A stretch of DNA of 62,528 nucleotides, counting the filler, from Collodictyon triciliatum (Eukaryota): NCBI GenBank assembly GCA_043381765.1. It is 5 parts of 5 records of this genome, joined end to end, with 100 filler letters (N's around TTAATTAATTAA, not from the genome) between each part and the next. Parts side by side here need not be neighbours in the genome. Positions count along the whole stretch, not along the records: positions 36,984 to 48,907 come from JBHJMP010000219.1; positions 49,008 to 58,652 come from JBHJMP010000222.1; 3 more parts are not named here. One strand, given 5' to 3'. Under the pieces are notes generated by a model. The model was given only the letters and a program-made list of their open reading frames with translations. It was not told where the DNA came from and ran no database searches. Numbering within the stretch: the first letter of the stretch is position 1; each line of letters begins with the position of its first letter. Positions 40,201 through 54,576 of the stretch are shown here, one piece after another. The translations under genes were made by a program, and so were the position numbers.

Positions 40201-43200
40201 GAGGACCTCAACACCACCATCAAAGAACTTCGAGCCACCATTTCTGATTTGAAAGGAACCACAAAGACGCTAGAAAACATTATTGAACAGGCACATTCGT
40301 CGATCAGTGAACTCAACACAACAATCCAGCAATTACGAACATCGAACAAGGATAAAGACGACAAGATAAATGAGCTTAATTTGGCTTCGGGTAAGAACCA
40401 TCTATTAGCACTCCATCTGTTCATTTGCGTTGCCCAATACAAAAACCAATCATTCTTTTATTTCTATATTTTTCAAATAGACAAGCAAAAGACAGATATG
40501 GACTCATTAAGAAGCTTTACAATTGAGCTAAAGGTATGGTTACTTTATGAACTATAGTGTGCCTTTAAAAATAAATATAACTTACGATTACTTCCATCGC
40601 ATTAAGTAAATAAAATTCAAAAAAAAAAAAAAAGGGGGATATAGGAAATAAGGAAAATCAAATAACGCGACTTCAGTTGCAGCTTGACGATTCTAATGCT
40701 CAAATCAAAAAGCAAGAACATTATACTAACTTATCACTGCTGACAATGATTATACATTATAAATCATCTGAAAATCTAATTGCATAAAGGTTGTCTTCTA
40801 TCTAACTTTTTTCTTTCTTTCTGTTTTCTCCTTTAAACTAAAGAGGAAAAGATGAGATTGCTACCCTTATTCGGGATGTAGATGGATTGCGAAGCGAATT
40901 AGAGGAAGCCAAGAACAGGTATTACTTTCAAATAATTCAAGTCCACAGCCATCATTTTCTATTGTTGTATGAATGCCTTAATTTTATCCTATCTCCTTTA
41001 AGTACTGCTTCAAAAAAAGTTAACCTGAATTGAATTATAGTGCCTTGGAAGCTCGTTCGGCCCACACAGAAACCAAGAGAGAACTACAGAGCGCAAAAGA
41101 AGACATGGAGAAGCTTAGAGAGACCATCATGGGATTAACTGTTGAAAAGAATGAATACTTTGAGGTTTTTTTTTATATATTTTGAATAATAAATAGATAT
41201 TTTCATACCTTGAGAATCTTCAAAAGAAAAAAATACACACCGAAGGAACTGCAGTTCAATACTTTTTAATTGTCTAGAAATTATCTGACATGAAGAATAA
41301 ACTTGAAGAGTCTGAGTCTCAAATTCGAAGTATCACAATCGAAAGAGATAGCTTCAAGGAAGAATTGCAACGCCAACGTCGAAAACAAGATGAGTTGGAA
41401 GGCACAATCAAGCATATGCTTGTGGAATTAGATGATTATAAGATTCAACACAAGCAGAAAGAAGACGAAGTGAATGCTCTTTTCTCTCTCTTTTCTCTCT
41501 CTTTTCTCTCTCTTTTCTCTCTCTTTTCTCTCTCTTTTCTCTCTCTTTTCTCTCTCTTTTCTCTCTCTTTTCTCTNNNNNNNNNNNNNNNNNNNNNNNNN
41601 NNNNNNNNNNNNNNNNNNNNNNNNNNNNNNNNNNNNNNNNNNNNNNNNNNNNNNNNNNNNNNNNNNNNNNNNNNNTCTTTTCTCTCTCTCTTTTCTCTCT
41701 CTCTTTTCTCTCTCTCTTTTCTCTCTCTCTTTTCTCTCTCTCTTTTCTCTCTCTCTTTTCTCTCTCTTTTCTCTCTCTTTCTTCATAGATATTTTGGTCG
41801 TAGATTTGTTTAAGTGTGTAGATGATATGCCATTTGAGATTATACTTTTGATTCCATTTATGGTTCCACCATTAACTTAAAAAATATGTTTTTTTTTATT
41901 ATAGCTTCAGGGAAGACTCGGCGACATAACAAGAATCCAAGCTTACTTAGAATACTGCAACGTAAATATCTACGTCCCATCCTTATTTCCTATAAGACCA
42001 TGTAATTATTGATATTTTTTGTCCTATACACATAAGAAGCCTAACTTTTCTTCGCTCTGGATTTTTAGTCAGCCAAGAATGAGGGTGAAACAGATAACCA
42101 ATCGAGTAATGCTTGTTTCCCACAACTTTAATCGTACATGTCAAACTTTTGCGCGAGAATATCATTTTTTTTAAAAAAAAAAAACACGTAAATGTTATAT
42201 CCACGCAAGTCACAAGACTGAATCGTAATTGTTATAGCGATGTCTTTCTCTGAATTCTCGAAAAGAAACAAAGGCAAAATCCAAACATCAGGTGCTCAAA
42301 AATTCGACTATGATTTCCTTGCATATTCAGTCAAATCAGGCCATGGTGGTTCCATTGAAGTAAGAAACGCAAGTATATTCTACTGGTGAATATGCAAATA
42401 TTTGGTCATAATTCCACCAATTTTAAGTCATTTGTAGAGCATTCTCAAGATAATCGCTCATTTCTCACATTTCTCATTCTCTTTGTTTATTGCAAAGGGC
42501 TATGTTTCTGATGACGAATTTGGAGATATTCAATCACACGTGTCTGGTTCTACGGCTGTGACGGGACTGATGGGAGATAAGCGAATTGCTGAATCCAGCC
42601 TCAGCATCGACACGGTTCCTGTTGATGGAAAATTACTGCAGCACGCCTACGAAGACTTTAAAAAGAAAGAGGCACAAGAGGTGTACAGCCCCTCTGAAAA
42701 TGGGGAGATAATCGAAAACAAGATTGTGGAGACCCAGAAAGATATAATGTCTATTGTATGTTTTTTTTTTATTATCATCATCATTATAATTAAATTATCA
42801 ATATTGGTATAATTATTGGTATTATCCAATGATTCATCCTGATAATTCCTCTTCTATCACACAATAATTCAGTGTTAGAGATTTTATCCTCTTTGTTGAC
42901 TAGGGAACTATATGGATTTTTTTCATCACAATTTGTGTGTGTTTTTCTTTAACTCCCACAGGACAGAGCAGAAAGAATATTAGATGAAGCCAGTGACGCT
43001 TACGACAAGGAGCAATATCATACTTCACTGGACAAGTTAAACGAGCTCGTCTCTGCAATTGATGAGGTGAAATTCTTCTTGTTAGTTTAAAATTGAGGCG
43101 TTGTGTATCTTCAGTTATGTTGCTTGACTTACTTTATGTGTCTCAATTTTTCGTCTATATTCATAGAAGTTGCTTGTTATGACTTTCTGATTCTTTGCTT

Positions 43201-45714
43201 TGTTACCCACTACAAGAAAATTCTCGATGACCGTCTTCGATTCCGCCTCTTTAATCTTCTCGGACACGCAAACCGTGCAAACAATCACATGAAACAGAGT
43301 GTTGATAATTTTTTGAAATGGTTTTTATTCGTTCTAAATATTGCCTCTCTAAATGATTCATCTATTTTATTTGTCTTGCTTTACCTTTCTTATTTTTATT
43401 TGGCTGTCTTTTGCTTCATCGCCTTTTGGACTTATTAAGAAAGGAAAACTAGTCTTTCTACTTTTGTTAAAAAAAAAAACGTAATGATCCACCCTTTCTT
43501 CCCTTCTTCTCAATATTCGATGCAGTATCAGAGTTCCAAATGCTATCGACCACGCATTCGTTGAGCTTAGGTTTTACCATAATCAAAAAGAAAAAAAGAA
43601 AAAAAGAAAAAAAAGAGAGAGAAATAAAAGAAAGAAAAAAAAGGGACAGAGATAAGTTTTTATTCACACGCGCACGACTTATTTTCGCACATGATCATTG
43701 CCTAGCCCTCATCGCACAGAAATAGAGAGGAAACTGGGCAAGAATGAGTTGTCTGCATTGAAAGAACTGGCGTGCACCTTAATCTTGCAAGGTGACATAG
43801 TCGATGCCATTTCATCATAACTGCACATGCAATGTGAATGAGATTTTCTTCCTTTTGTTAGTATTGCCTGATGTACAAATCAGTGTTCTGCCTTTGGGTA
43901 TGAAACAAACAGATGGAAAAAATACTTACCGAGTTGTTTATATATATTAACTTTCCTTAGATGAGGACAATCTAGGCATTCCGTTCATAGAAAAATGGGC
44001 CAAGTTTTTCGCTAGCTCCCGAGATGAACGATTCATGCAGACTCGTAAAGACTTAGAATTACTCCCAACAAAGAAACTGCATATGGCTCTGCACTTGAAT
44101 CTCAAGAACCTTACTCTTCAATTACTGCAACAAAACGACCCGAACGAACCCGTGAGTATCAAAAAAAAAAAAAACAATTTTCGGATGGTTGTCTGAGTAA
44201 TTAGCATTCCTCTTTTTTCTTAAACAAACAAACAAACAAACAAACAAACAAACAAACAAACAAACAAACAAACAAACAAACAAACAAACAAACAAACAAA
44301 CAAACAAACAAACAAACAAACAAACAAACAAGATATAAAAGACAAAAAAAAAGAAAAAAGAAAAAAGAAAAAAACAGAAAGTAGAAACCTACGTTGATAC
44401 CTTTTCTTTCTTTTTTATGGTATGCAGGATGCCTTAGGTTGCACCCCACTTCACTACGCTGTAATGACTAGTAACATAGTAAGGACGTTTTATCATACCG
44501 ATGAAAAAGAATGGCAAATATTTTGAACGTAATCTTTCGCTGCGTTGAGATTCAACGCTTCATCTTGTTCCTCTTCGTACAGGAGCACGTACAGCTATTG
44601 TTGGAAAAAAGAGCAGACCCTAACATCGCTGCCAATATCCGCCGCAACAAAAAAACCTGTCTGCATTATGTCTCTGATGCTCTAATTCTCGAAAAGCTCA
44701 TACAAGCTGGTTAGTGGTGATGGCCAAAAAAAAAACTCACAGAGAAGAATTCTAAAACAGCTTTGCACTCTTACTTACATCATGTATATCCTATTTCGTA
44801 AAGAACTCAAAACGTGCCGTAAGCTCACCAAAACATCTTTGTCACTCTTTTAATGCCATAAACGAATCATCCAAAGGAGCCAACACCAAGGCCGAAGATG
44901 AAAATCTAGACACTCCGCTCCATAATGCAGCCTTTCAGGTTCGATGCGACACTTGCTGATATATATAAGTACAAGTATACATCTTTATTCGGCATGTGAT
45001 GTTGCATTATAGGATTCTCTCATGATTTTTTTATTTTTATGATTATTTCAAATAATATTCGTCTTTTTCTTTTCTTTTCTTTTCTTTCTTTTTTTTTTTT
45101 TGTACCTCAAACCTAGTCGAAAATCAGATCAAAAATCAAAAATCAAATACAACAATGTATATACGCAGGGCTACAACGAAATCGCACGGCTGCTCATCGA
45201 GAACGGAGCCGACGCAAACGCAGCAAACAGCCGCCGACAAACGCCGCTCCACAACGCATGCATGAACGGACACGAGCCCGTGGCGGATTTGCTGCTCACA
45301 AAGCAGGCAGACATCGACGCGTGCGACGACGCGTGCGACACGCCGCTTCTGCTGGCCATCAAGCACGAGTCCGAGGACCTTGCGTCGCTTCTGCTGGAGC
45401 GGCAGGCAAGCATCCGCGCCCGCGACAAGGACGGCAACACTGCTTTGCATCACGCCGTGATTGCCGGCTTCGACGACATTGTGGAGCAGATCATGGGCGT
45501 GTCGGGCGCGTCCGATATCATCAACATGCAGAACTCTGCCGGGCAGACGGCGCTGCACATCGCCCTGGAAAACGACTCCGAGTACGTCGCAACCGTCCTT
45601 GTTGGAAAGGGCGCGAGTCTGGACATTGCAGACGGCAACGGGAAGAGGCCGCTGGACTTAACCAGCGATGCCGAAATCACAGAGAAAATCATGAGCATGA
45701 GAAATGCTCAGTGA
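37245..45714 (+). CDS. Large protein with a long coiled coil, a TPR-like helical segment and C-terminal ankyrin repeats, about 30 exons
   Basis: Continuous in-phase exon chain from ATG 37245. E/K/L heptad-rich exons at 38200-41960, TPR-like exons at 42962-43320, ankyrin motifs GCTPLHYAV, DTPLHNAA, QTPLHNAC, GNTALHHAV and GQTALHIAL. One N gap lies in an intron, so a two-gene model cannot be fully excluded. Confidence 0.72.
40712..40843 (+). other. GC-AG intron
   Basis: AA|GCAAGA donor. The flanking exons join in frame (AQIKKGKDEIATL), and no phase-2 GT donor is available before the exon frame stops. Confidence 0.7.
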
Positions 45715-46110
45715 TTGATTGATTGATTGATTGCGTTGTGAATAAGTTGGGAGTTATTTTGCTTTGTTTTTGTTCAGTTTTTTTTCTTCCTCTTTTGTTG
45801 GGAAAGCTGCGGTTATGTGCGAGCTAATTGCGCTGATGAAGGAAAGAGACATCTTGTGAGAGCCGGCTGAAATTGATGATGAAAAGAAGGGAATCCCACA
45901 GAATAAAATGAAATGAAAAAAAGAAAGAAAAGAAACCATCCAACTACATCGTATAGGGCAGAGGAAAGAGAATTGTGTATTTGTACCGCAGGGTTTACGT
46001 GGGATTGGAGAGGAGGAAAAAGTGCGTATACACCAGTGGTTGAGGATTAAGATTCAGTTTTGTTGGATGGCGTTGTGTGGGATTCATACATGAATGGATG
46101 TTCTGTTTTG

Positions 46111-46151
<41 letters not shown>

Positions 46152-46299
46152 AAGGTTGATGCTGCTATGAAATCCATTGGTTTTACTAATCTATTGGATC
46201 ATAAGGAAATGCATTCAGTCACATTCTTTATTCTGATTCCTTCCTCTTTATTTTTTTTTTTATTCTCTTGATTCTGATGAGCAGAAAATGGCAAACCCG

Positions 46300-48670
46300 C
46301 TACTGCTGGTGGACTTTGTTGAGGTACTCCATATACTCGTCCAGTTGCAGCTTCGTCTGCTGCTGGTTGATTGCTTGCTGGCCAAAGCCACCATCCGATA
46401 CATACAGAATGCGGTCAGCATAGCACTCAAGGTCAGGGTTGTGTGTTACCTGTGAAGTTGTGCAAGGGAAAAGGGGATATAGAAACGATGGTCATAGTCA
46501 AAAGGATGAACAGGCAGAAAATTGGGGAAGTGAATGTCCGGCGCCTTGTGCCAAATATATATATATATATAAACAGAAATGATAGTAGAGACAGAGTATT
46601 GTACCATAATACACGTTGTTTTACGGTGGCGGTTTATGTCGAGGAGGAGGTTCATGACTTCCACAGTGTTTTTTGTATCCAAGTCTCCAGTGGGCTCATC
46701 AAGAAGAAGAATCTTTGGGTCGTTGGCCAAGGCTCGTGCAATGGTTCTGTGCGGGAGTGGCCAATGAATGGGCAATGACTTTGGTATGTAAGTGACATAT
46801 AATAGCTCGGTATTTAGAGATAGAGACAGGAGGAAATATCATAGTATGGTTCGCTTCTAAAAAAAAATAATTAGATGTATATATTCTTCACCCGTGCTAT
46901 AGTGAAAAATATATTGATAAGAAATAAAGAAAATAATAGACAATGCATCGGCGTGATATTAGAGTAAATTTGCTGGATGGATATATATACACTCTCTGTT
47001 GTTCTCCGCCTGACAGTTCGGACGGCTATTATATTCAAAGAAATAAAGAAAGTATAAAGTATGTCAAGGTGCAAATATACATGGTAATTTTTCTGGGTAT
47101 TAACGTAGAAAAATATATAAATATATATAAGCATTTCAATGGAAGTTGGATGTATTACGAGATGGCCAACTCTGTCACGCAAACCAACCACTGTTAATCG
47201 ATGTAGATTTATTTAAGTGAAAATAAAAATGGGAATATTCTTCCCCTTTACTGTAAATATTAAAAAAAAACCTTTTAAAAAGTATGAACTGACTTAGTAA
47301 TGTTTCCATTTTTTTTAAGTAAGCAGGCATATAAATTATGTGTCGATTAATATTTGATAATTGTAATTTATATTTATTCATATTTATACTATTTAGAAGC
47401 TGCAATGCACGCTTTCTTCTCTCATCTGCACTCAGCTTGCCCAGAATGGTCATTGGCAACTCAACATTTTCAAATGCAGACATAGTCGCCAAAAGATTGA
47501 AACTTTGAAACACAAAACCTACAGCGCATAGGTCACCAAGGCACTATCATTACTAATGTTTCAATATACGGAGGATAAATAAAGTGTTGCATATTATTAA
47601 ATATATAGGTAGAAAGGGCGGCTTTTGAAGGCTGCCGATGCTCAAACGACACCACAACAAACCAATTTGAGAGAGCCTTAAATCAGATAGCATCGAGTCG
47701 GGTGATTTCTCATCGATTCGGATACCCATTAAATCTGAAGCATTGAAGTTAAAGAACAATATCATGTTATGTGAATATTGTTATTTTGAACTTGGAATAA
47801 TTTAGATCAAGTAAAGGAGAAAAAAAGAACTTTTAATATTATTACAAAATGATATTACTACAAAAAAAAAGGATAAGAAAGGCGATCCGAAGGGCCACAT
47901 CAGAAAGAAATAGAATATAAAAGACAAACTACTTTCAATCACCTATTGTCCCGGATGAAACTTTGTCGATTGTCCCTACGATGTTAAGCAAAGTTGTTTT
48001 TCCACCTCCACTTGGACCCAGAATCATGACGAATTCCCCACTAAGTTTTTTTTCGAGCTTTACATGGTATCTTTAATGGCAATGTGGAAAATGAAATCCA
48101 AGAGGATTGAAAATATAACAATTTGTCGTTTTTTACATGTGTAATGATTGGTACTCATTAGAAAGGGAAACCGTATTCTATTTTACAGAAAGTGAACCTT
48201 CTTATTGGCTCAAATTCACTCCCATCACAGAGATTAATATCTCTCAAGGCACTGACATCCTCTGCTCGTCCAGGGATTTTATATGCTGCGATATTGTTAT
48301 TTAAGCGAAATGTCTCGTTTTTTATTTTTATTTTTTTAATACGACCCGTTTCTTTAACATCGATTCTAATGAATAAATCGATTGTAAAATAATAGAATAT
48401 CGTGATTGCACATGTAATAGTAAATTTCTTATATTCTAATTAGTACAAACATTGGTCATTCTGATTTTAAAAAATAATTAAAAATGATTAAAATATAAGT
48501 AAAAGGATAGCACGCTATTGGTCAAGGATATAGTAAATAAGGTTAATTTTTATTATAATAATAAAATAAATAATAACTATGTCACCTTTAAATACGTTGC
48601 GCAACACAACAACCGGCGGGCCAAGCTGTTTAGGCTCGCTCATATCACCGTCCAATGGCTGAAAATCCGC
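46300..48670 (-). CDS. Stand-alone ABC ATPase of LolD/MacB type (Dictyostelium AbcH-like), 5' truncated
   Basis: Walker [13 protein letters not shown]-loop [10 protein letters not shown], signature [12 protein letters not shown], Walker [14 protein letters not shown]-loop MVTHN. The stop follows directly and no TM domain is visible. Confidence 0.92.
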
Positions 48671-48773
48671 CTACGAGGATTGCCGTATAGTTTCTTTTCA
48701 AATGAAAACAGCATATACAGAGAAAGGGCAAAAAGAAAGATTAATGAACAGAAAGTATACATAAAAATTAATC

Positions 48774-48847
<74 letters not shown>

Positions 48848-48848
48848 C

Positions 48849-48889
<41 letters not shown>

Positions 48890-49206
48890 AATAATCATAA
48901 TAATAATNNNNNNNNNNNNNNNNNNNNNNNNNNNNNNNNNNNNNNNNNNNNTTAATTAATTAANNNNNNNNNNNNNNNNNNNNNNNNNNNNNNNNNNNNN
49001 NNNNNNNTTTTTCTTTTTCTTTTTCTTTTTCTTTTTCTTTTTCTTTTTCTTTTTCTTTTTCTTTTTCTTTTTCTTTTTCTTTTTCTTTTTCTTTTCTTTT
49101 CTTTTTTATTCTTGTAAAGGACAGGAAAAGAAAATACATAATCACTTATTACATAAAATAGAAAATAAAACAGCTTATAAATGTCTGTCTATTGTATTAT
49201 AATTAG

Positions 49207-49973
49207 AGTGTCCCCCACCGAGGTTCGGCTGCTCCTTAGATTAGTCAAAGAACCTGAGTGTTCAATGCATTTGAAAAGAGAGCTGCTGGTAGCATTGGAA
49301 AAGAGTCACAACACAGCTCCTTTTATAGACTTTGACCCCAGAGAGATGTAATATATTTGCCTTTATGTTATTTAGTTTCTTTTTTATTTTACTACATTTT
49401 ATTTGTATTTTCTATTCTCAAAAGTTGACTTGAAGGAAAAGTTTATATTTCATTTCTTTTTAGTGGTCACTGTGCTCTGAAGTATCAAGGCTTAAGTGAG
49501 CGTTCATGGCCACCAAAAAATGGATACACATTTTCATTTTGGATTCATATTTCACATATGGAAGGGAAATTAGACCCATGTGATTTTTCAATTTTTTTTT
49601 TTTTTTTTTTTACTTTTGTTCTGTGATTCAACCGAGATCATGTAATAATAATAACAGCGGCACCTTCGTTAAATGCTCATTTTTCTTGCACTTGATTTTA
49701 ATTTTGCTTCAATGTAGGCAAATTTCAACTTTTTTCAATTACCAGCGAAGATGGGCGCTCCAACATGCAGATTTTAATTGACGACAAGAGGCTTACATTT
49801 ATAACTAACAATAAAAACTTGCATACCTTTAAGCTACCTATTCAAGAGAAAATGTGGTACCATGTTACTTTCGTTCACCTCCGAGCTAGGATTCAGGTTT
49901 CATAATCACAAAAATTTTGCTACATGATATATTTATTCGATGTTTGCTCAAAGTATTCGACTATTTTGTTTTT

Positions 49974-50026
<53 letters not shown>

Positions 50027-50126
50027 NNNNNNNNNNNNNNNNNNNNNNNNNNNNNNNNNNNNNNNNNNNNNNNNNNNNNNNNNNNNNNNNNNNNNNNNNN
50101 NNNNNNNNNNNNNNNNNNNNNNNNNN

Positions 50127-50163
<37 letters not shown>

Positions 50164-53100
50164 TTTTTTTTGTTTTTTTGTTTTTTTGTTTTTTTGTTTT
50201 TTTTGTTTTGTTTTGTTTTTTGCAGTCGAGTACACTCACCTTGTTTGTGGATGGCCAAACCTACGAGTCCGTGAAATTGGCCTATCCGAACACTTCAAAC
50301 GTCGCATTTAACTTCACAATGGGTAAGTTAAAAAAATAAGCGGCACTATGTAAAATTATTCTTGCTTATTTAACTCATTGCCATTTTTTTTTAAAAAAAA
50401 AAAAAATAATCCCAATAGGCATCCCACAGACTTCCAAAGAAGTTTCGTCCCAATCTCTTATGTTGCCTCTCCAGCAAAAAATTCACTGGCAACTTGGGAC
50501 GATGTACTTGTTCAACTATGAGTTGAAGTAGCTTTTTATTTGGTTTATTATCTCAGTCTTTCGCTGTAATTTAGGAAATAGACTATCGATAAATAAAATA
50601 AAAAAAATACCTCTTTGAGATGTTATGTTACTCATCATAAAAAGACACTAATGTTATTTTAAAAAAAAACCTTCTTAGCTCGTCTGCCATACAATTACTC
50701 TTTTTGCTTGGAAAGAATTACTTTGGGCATTTTCTGGGGGATTTAAGAATGTTCCACGTCTACGAGAACACAAATTTTGATTTGCAATCGATCGAACAGT
50801 TTTCTTCGAAACATGGAATAACTTCAGATAATATTATTATGTGTGTATCTGCCGTGCACAGTGGAACTGTGATTTCTGAAGATGGCTGTCAAGGTATGCT
50901 CCGTTATGCATGGCTAAACCATCAAGATAGAGAAGAATGACATTGAATTATATGGGTTGCTGTCTTAATATAGTTAGATTTGTCTAATCTCTGATACAAA
51001 CATATAACAGAGACAAGGTACATTAAAAATATAATGGATCCAGCGGGTAACTATCACCAAAGAGCAATATTTTCCGGGAGGGCATATGCATATCATCCCT
51101 GTAGTATAGCAGACGGAGTCAGAAGAGTTGGAGGCATATCAATTTTTCTGTATCTTATATCAGCCGCTCAGGTTTGCATCATGCAAGATTGAAATTATTG
51201 TGTTCTACTTCAACATGAAGCGTAATGTGTTGGTGAGTTTATTTATTCATTCTTTCATTTAGAAAACGGAAGATCTTAATCTAGCTCTCAGTCTGTTAGT
51301 ATCATCAATCAAGTACAAATCTCTTTGCATCATAGAATTTGAAATATTATTGGAATCTAGAAGAATAATTTTATTGTTTTTTTTTTTTTTTATTAATTCT
51401 CAAAAAAAAATCTGAAGAATAATATTGAATGATTTTTAATATTGGTACTATTATATTGCAATTCGTACCATCAGGTACAATCCAAAGAATACGAGTGAAA
51501 TGCAAAGAACACGTGGATACGAAATCGTTGCTAATTTCTTGAAACAAAAAGCTGCTTTTGCCGACCCAGCAACCCTGGATATTCTTCTTATGCTTGTTGG
51601 TTTCAATGACGAGCTTAATCCCATCGCAGGTATATACTCTGCCATAGTATCCTAGAACAAAAAGAAAGAAAAATAGTATATTTCATTTTGTATTTTAAAA
51701 AAAACAATTCAATTACCTTACCGATCTTTCTTTTAACCATTTATTTATCATCCAGCTAACATTCTGGCTTTGAAACATCTCATATTGAACTTTGATATTT
51801 GGATACACACACAAAGTGGTATACAAATGCTTCTTTTGGATAAGATAATATTGTTCTCGTCTGCCAGCGAGAACGTGGATTACAACCTGAAAAGGATTAG
51901 AAAGTTGCGTATCCTTGTAAAATAACTCGCTTTTTACTTATTATGCTCTGTCGTTACAAAAGTAATTGCTGTCGTCTTAAAGGTTTCAACAAAGTAAGTT
52001 TAATCTTGACAGCGTCTCTTTAAGATATCGTCGAATTACTTTTGGATCTGCTTCAAAACGAGAGTCTCCAAGAAATTCTTCTTCCAAAAGTCTGCAATAT
52101 ATTACTGCTCCCCAAATTGCGCTTTATCTGCAATCATTTACTAATTTTTCGCCCAGTGGTTCCATACTATTGTATTTAGAAAATTTTTTTGATTAATGTG
52201 TCCTGTCTTCTCCATTTCCATTAAAATAATCAAGTACTTTATTTTAAGAGTAATATTTTTTTTTCATAAAAAGGTGGTGAAGTTGCTGAAAATCATTGTC
52301 TCACATAGTCTTCAAAAAGATGACATGCAAGTGAGTAGTCGAAATTGAGCACAGCTATATCATTTGCCTGGATTTTTGTCTCATGGTTGTACTATTAACG
52401 TGTAGTGTAAAAAAAAAAATTGGGCTATCTCCTTAATTTTCATGTTATTTGTTAGATATTTATCAACTTTCTGTTGAATACACTCCCACCTGTTGCGTAT
52501 GCACCCTACCAGGGTGTTGGGAATTATACCCCTGGAAGAAAAATTACTATTACAGCGCGAGGCTCTGAAACCCGCGGAAGAAAAAATTCAGGTAACTTCG
52601 TGTCTGGAACAACAGCAAATATTTAGCATCCTAATTATTAACACTGATTTATGTTTAACTTTACAAGTATTACCAAGTTTCACAAAGACCTCCGACTTGG
52701 GGCAAAGGGGTATCATCATCAGAAATATGGTACTAGATATGCTCTGGGATATATTAAAAATTGATAAGGAAGCCCGAAATTTGCAACTTTTTACAAAGGT
52801 TTGATCACAAATGATTTCATAGATGGATTTCGATGGCATATTACTCAAAATGTATATTACCGGTGCCAATTCCATTTAGCTTTCGATCAATTTTCTCTCC
52901 TTTTTTAACTTAATATTTAACTAACCCTCAAATATTTTATTTTTTTCTTACCCCATTCTCTTAATTTGCATCTTTTTTTTGCCAAACCAGTTCCTTGGTT
53001 TCCAAAATTTGCTTTGCTTGATGGAGTACTTCCCAATTTTGAAATCAGTGGCGTCCACAAGAACCGAGCATATATACTATATTCGTCCTGAGACTACTGT

Positions 53101-54491
53101 GATTTTATCGTTGAAAATTCTTATTTTTATGCTTTTGAACAAGTCAAATTTCTTGACTAAATTCCGAAATGAAAAAGGGTATGTTTATTTGCTCCCTTGC
53201 TTAAGCAGGAATCTTTTCTTTTTTTTTTCAAGATCAAAATATATAATTATTAACGATATAGATCTTTTTAAGATCCATGCCACCAATCATGTCTTTTTTT
53301 TTTTAAAAAAAAAAAAAAAGGTTTATATCTCTGGGTCATCTGCTGGCCCCTTATCATTCTCACCCCGAGATATATTACCTTGTAATGTGCTTGGCTTTAA
53401 ACAAACCTATGCAAGAGTCCTTTCCAGCTCAACTATCGATTCAAGGACTATCATCCACAACTCCCAATAAGGTTGCCACTAACAATTAATTCAGTATATA
53501 ATTATATATGTTGTAAATTTAAAATAATACAATATCTTTTCTATTATTACAAGATAATTAACCTCGAAAGAACTTTGTTAACGTGTTTTCTATCGCATTC
53601 GCCAGCTTGATCAGCCAAGTGCAAGACCTATGGAATTTAATTTGCACATCATCGAGGCTCTTGACGTATGTCTAACGATGCTGAAGTATCGACTCAGACA
53701 CCCACGAGAGTCTGGACGTCGGGGAAATCCCGTAACTGGAGCAGCAAATCATGTGAATATTTTCAGTCCTCGTTCGTATGCCTTCGGCGGCGAAGAACGG
53801 CCCAGATCCGTGACAAAGACTATGTACGCAATTATCTTGCATGTAGCATGCTTTTACACTGCTTACTTATTTGTTCTTCCGTTTTAATTGACGAATTATC
53901 TTGCTGTGTTAGGGATATTACATCAGTTGTGAGTGACGAGCCAGTTTTTGAAGATTTATCAAGCTCATTCGTCCAGATGGTCAATGATATATTGAATTGC
54001 TCCCCAGACTTCTTTGAAACAATCAAAAGACCCGAGTTCATGGAACCTTTTGTGGAAGTATTATTCACTCATGTAGACGAAGCTTTTTCTCATCCAGTAC
54101 GAAATCCCGTAACAGCGGACCAGACAATATTTTCTCAACAGTTCACCCCGATTGGGTCTAATCCTGCCCGTGAATGGGAAACTCCCACTCAATTAGCAAA
54201 GCGTCAAGATTTTGGTACATAGATTTACAACGTTATCATAACCGTTAAAAAAACTATTTTGTGCATAGCCTATCTTCCTGTGTATTTTTATAGTTTAGTC
54301 ATTTAAATTTTATGATACCCTTTTTATTTTTATTATTATTATTATCATTATTATTATTATCATTATTATTATCATTATTATTATCATTATTATTATCATT
54401 ATTATTATCATTATTATTATCATTATTATTATCATTATTATTATCATTATTATTATCATTATTATTATCATTATTATTATCATTATTATTA

Positions 54492-54576
<85 letters not shown>

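Noticed and set aside
51647-51655. GTATCCTAG as a fourth U12 donor
   Set aside because: Out of phase with the acceptor at 51755 (gives a stop), whereas the GT at 51630 is in phase.
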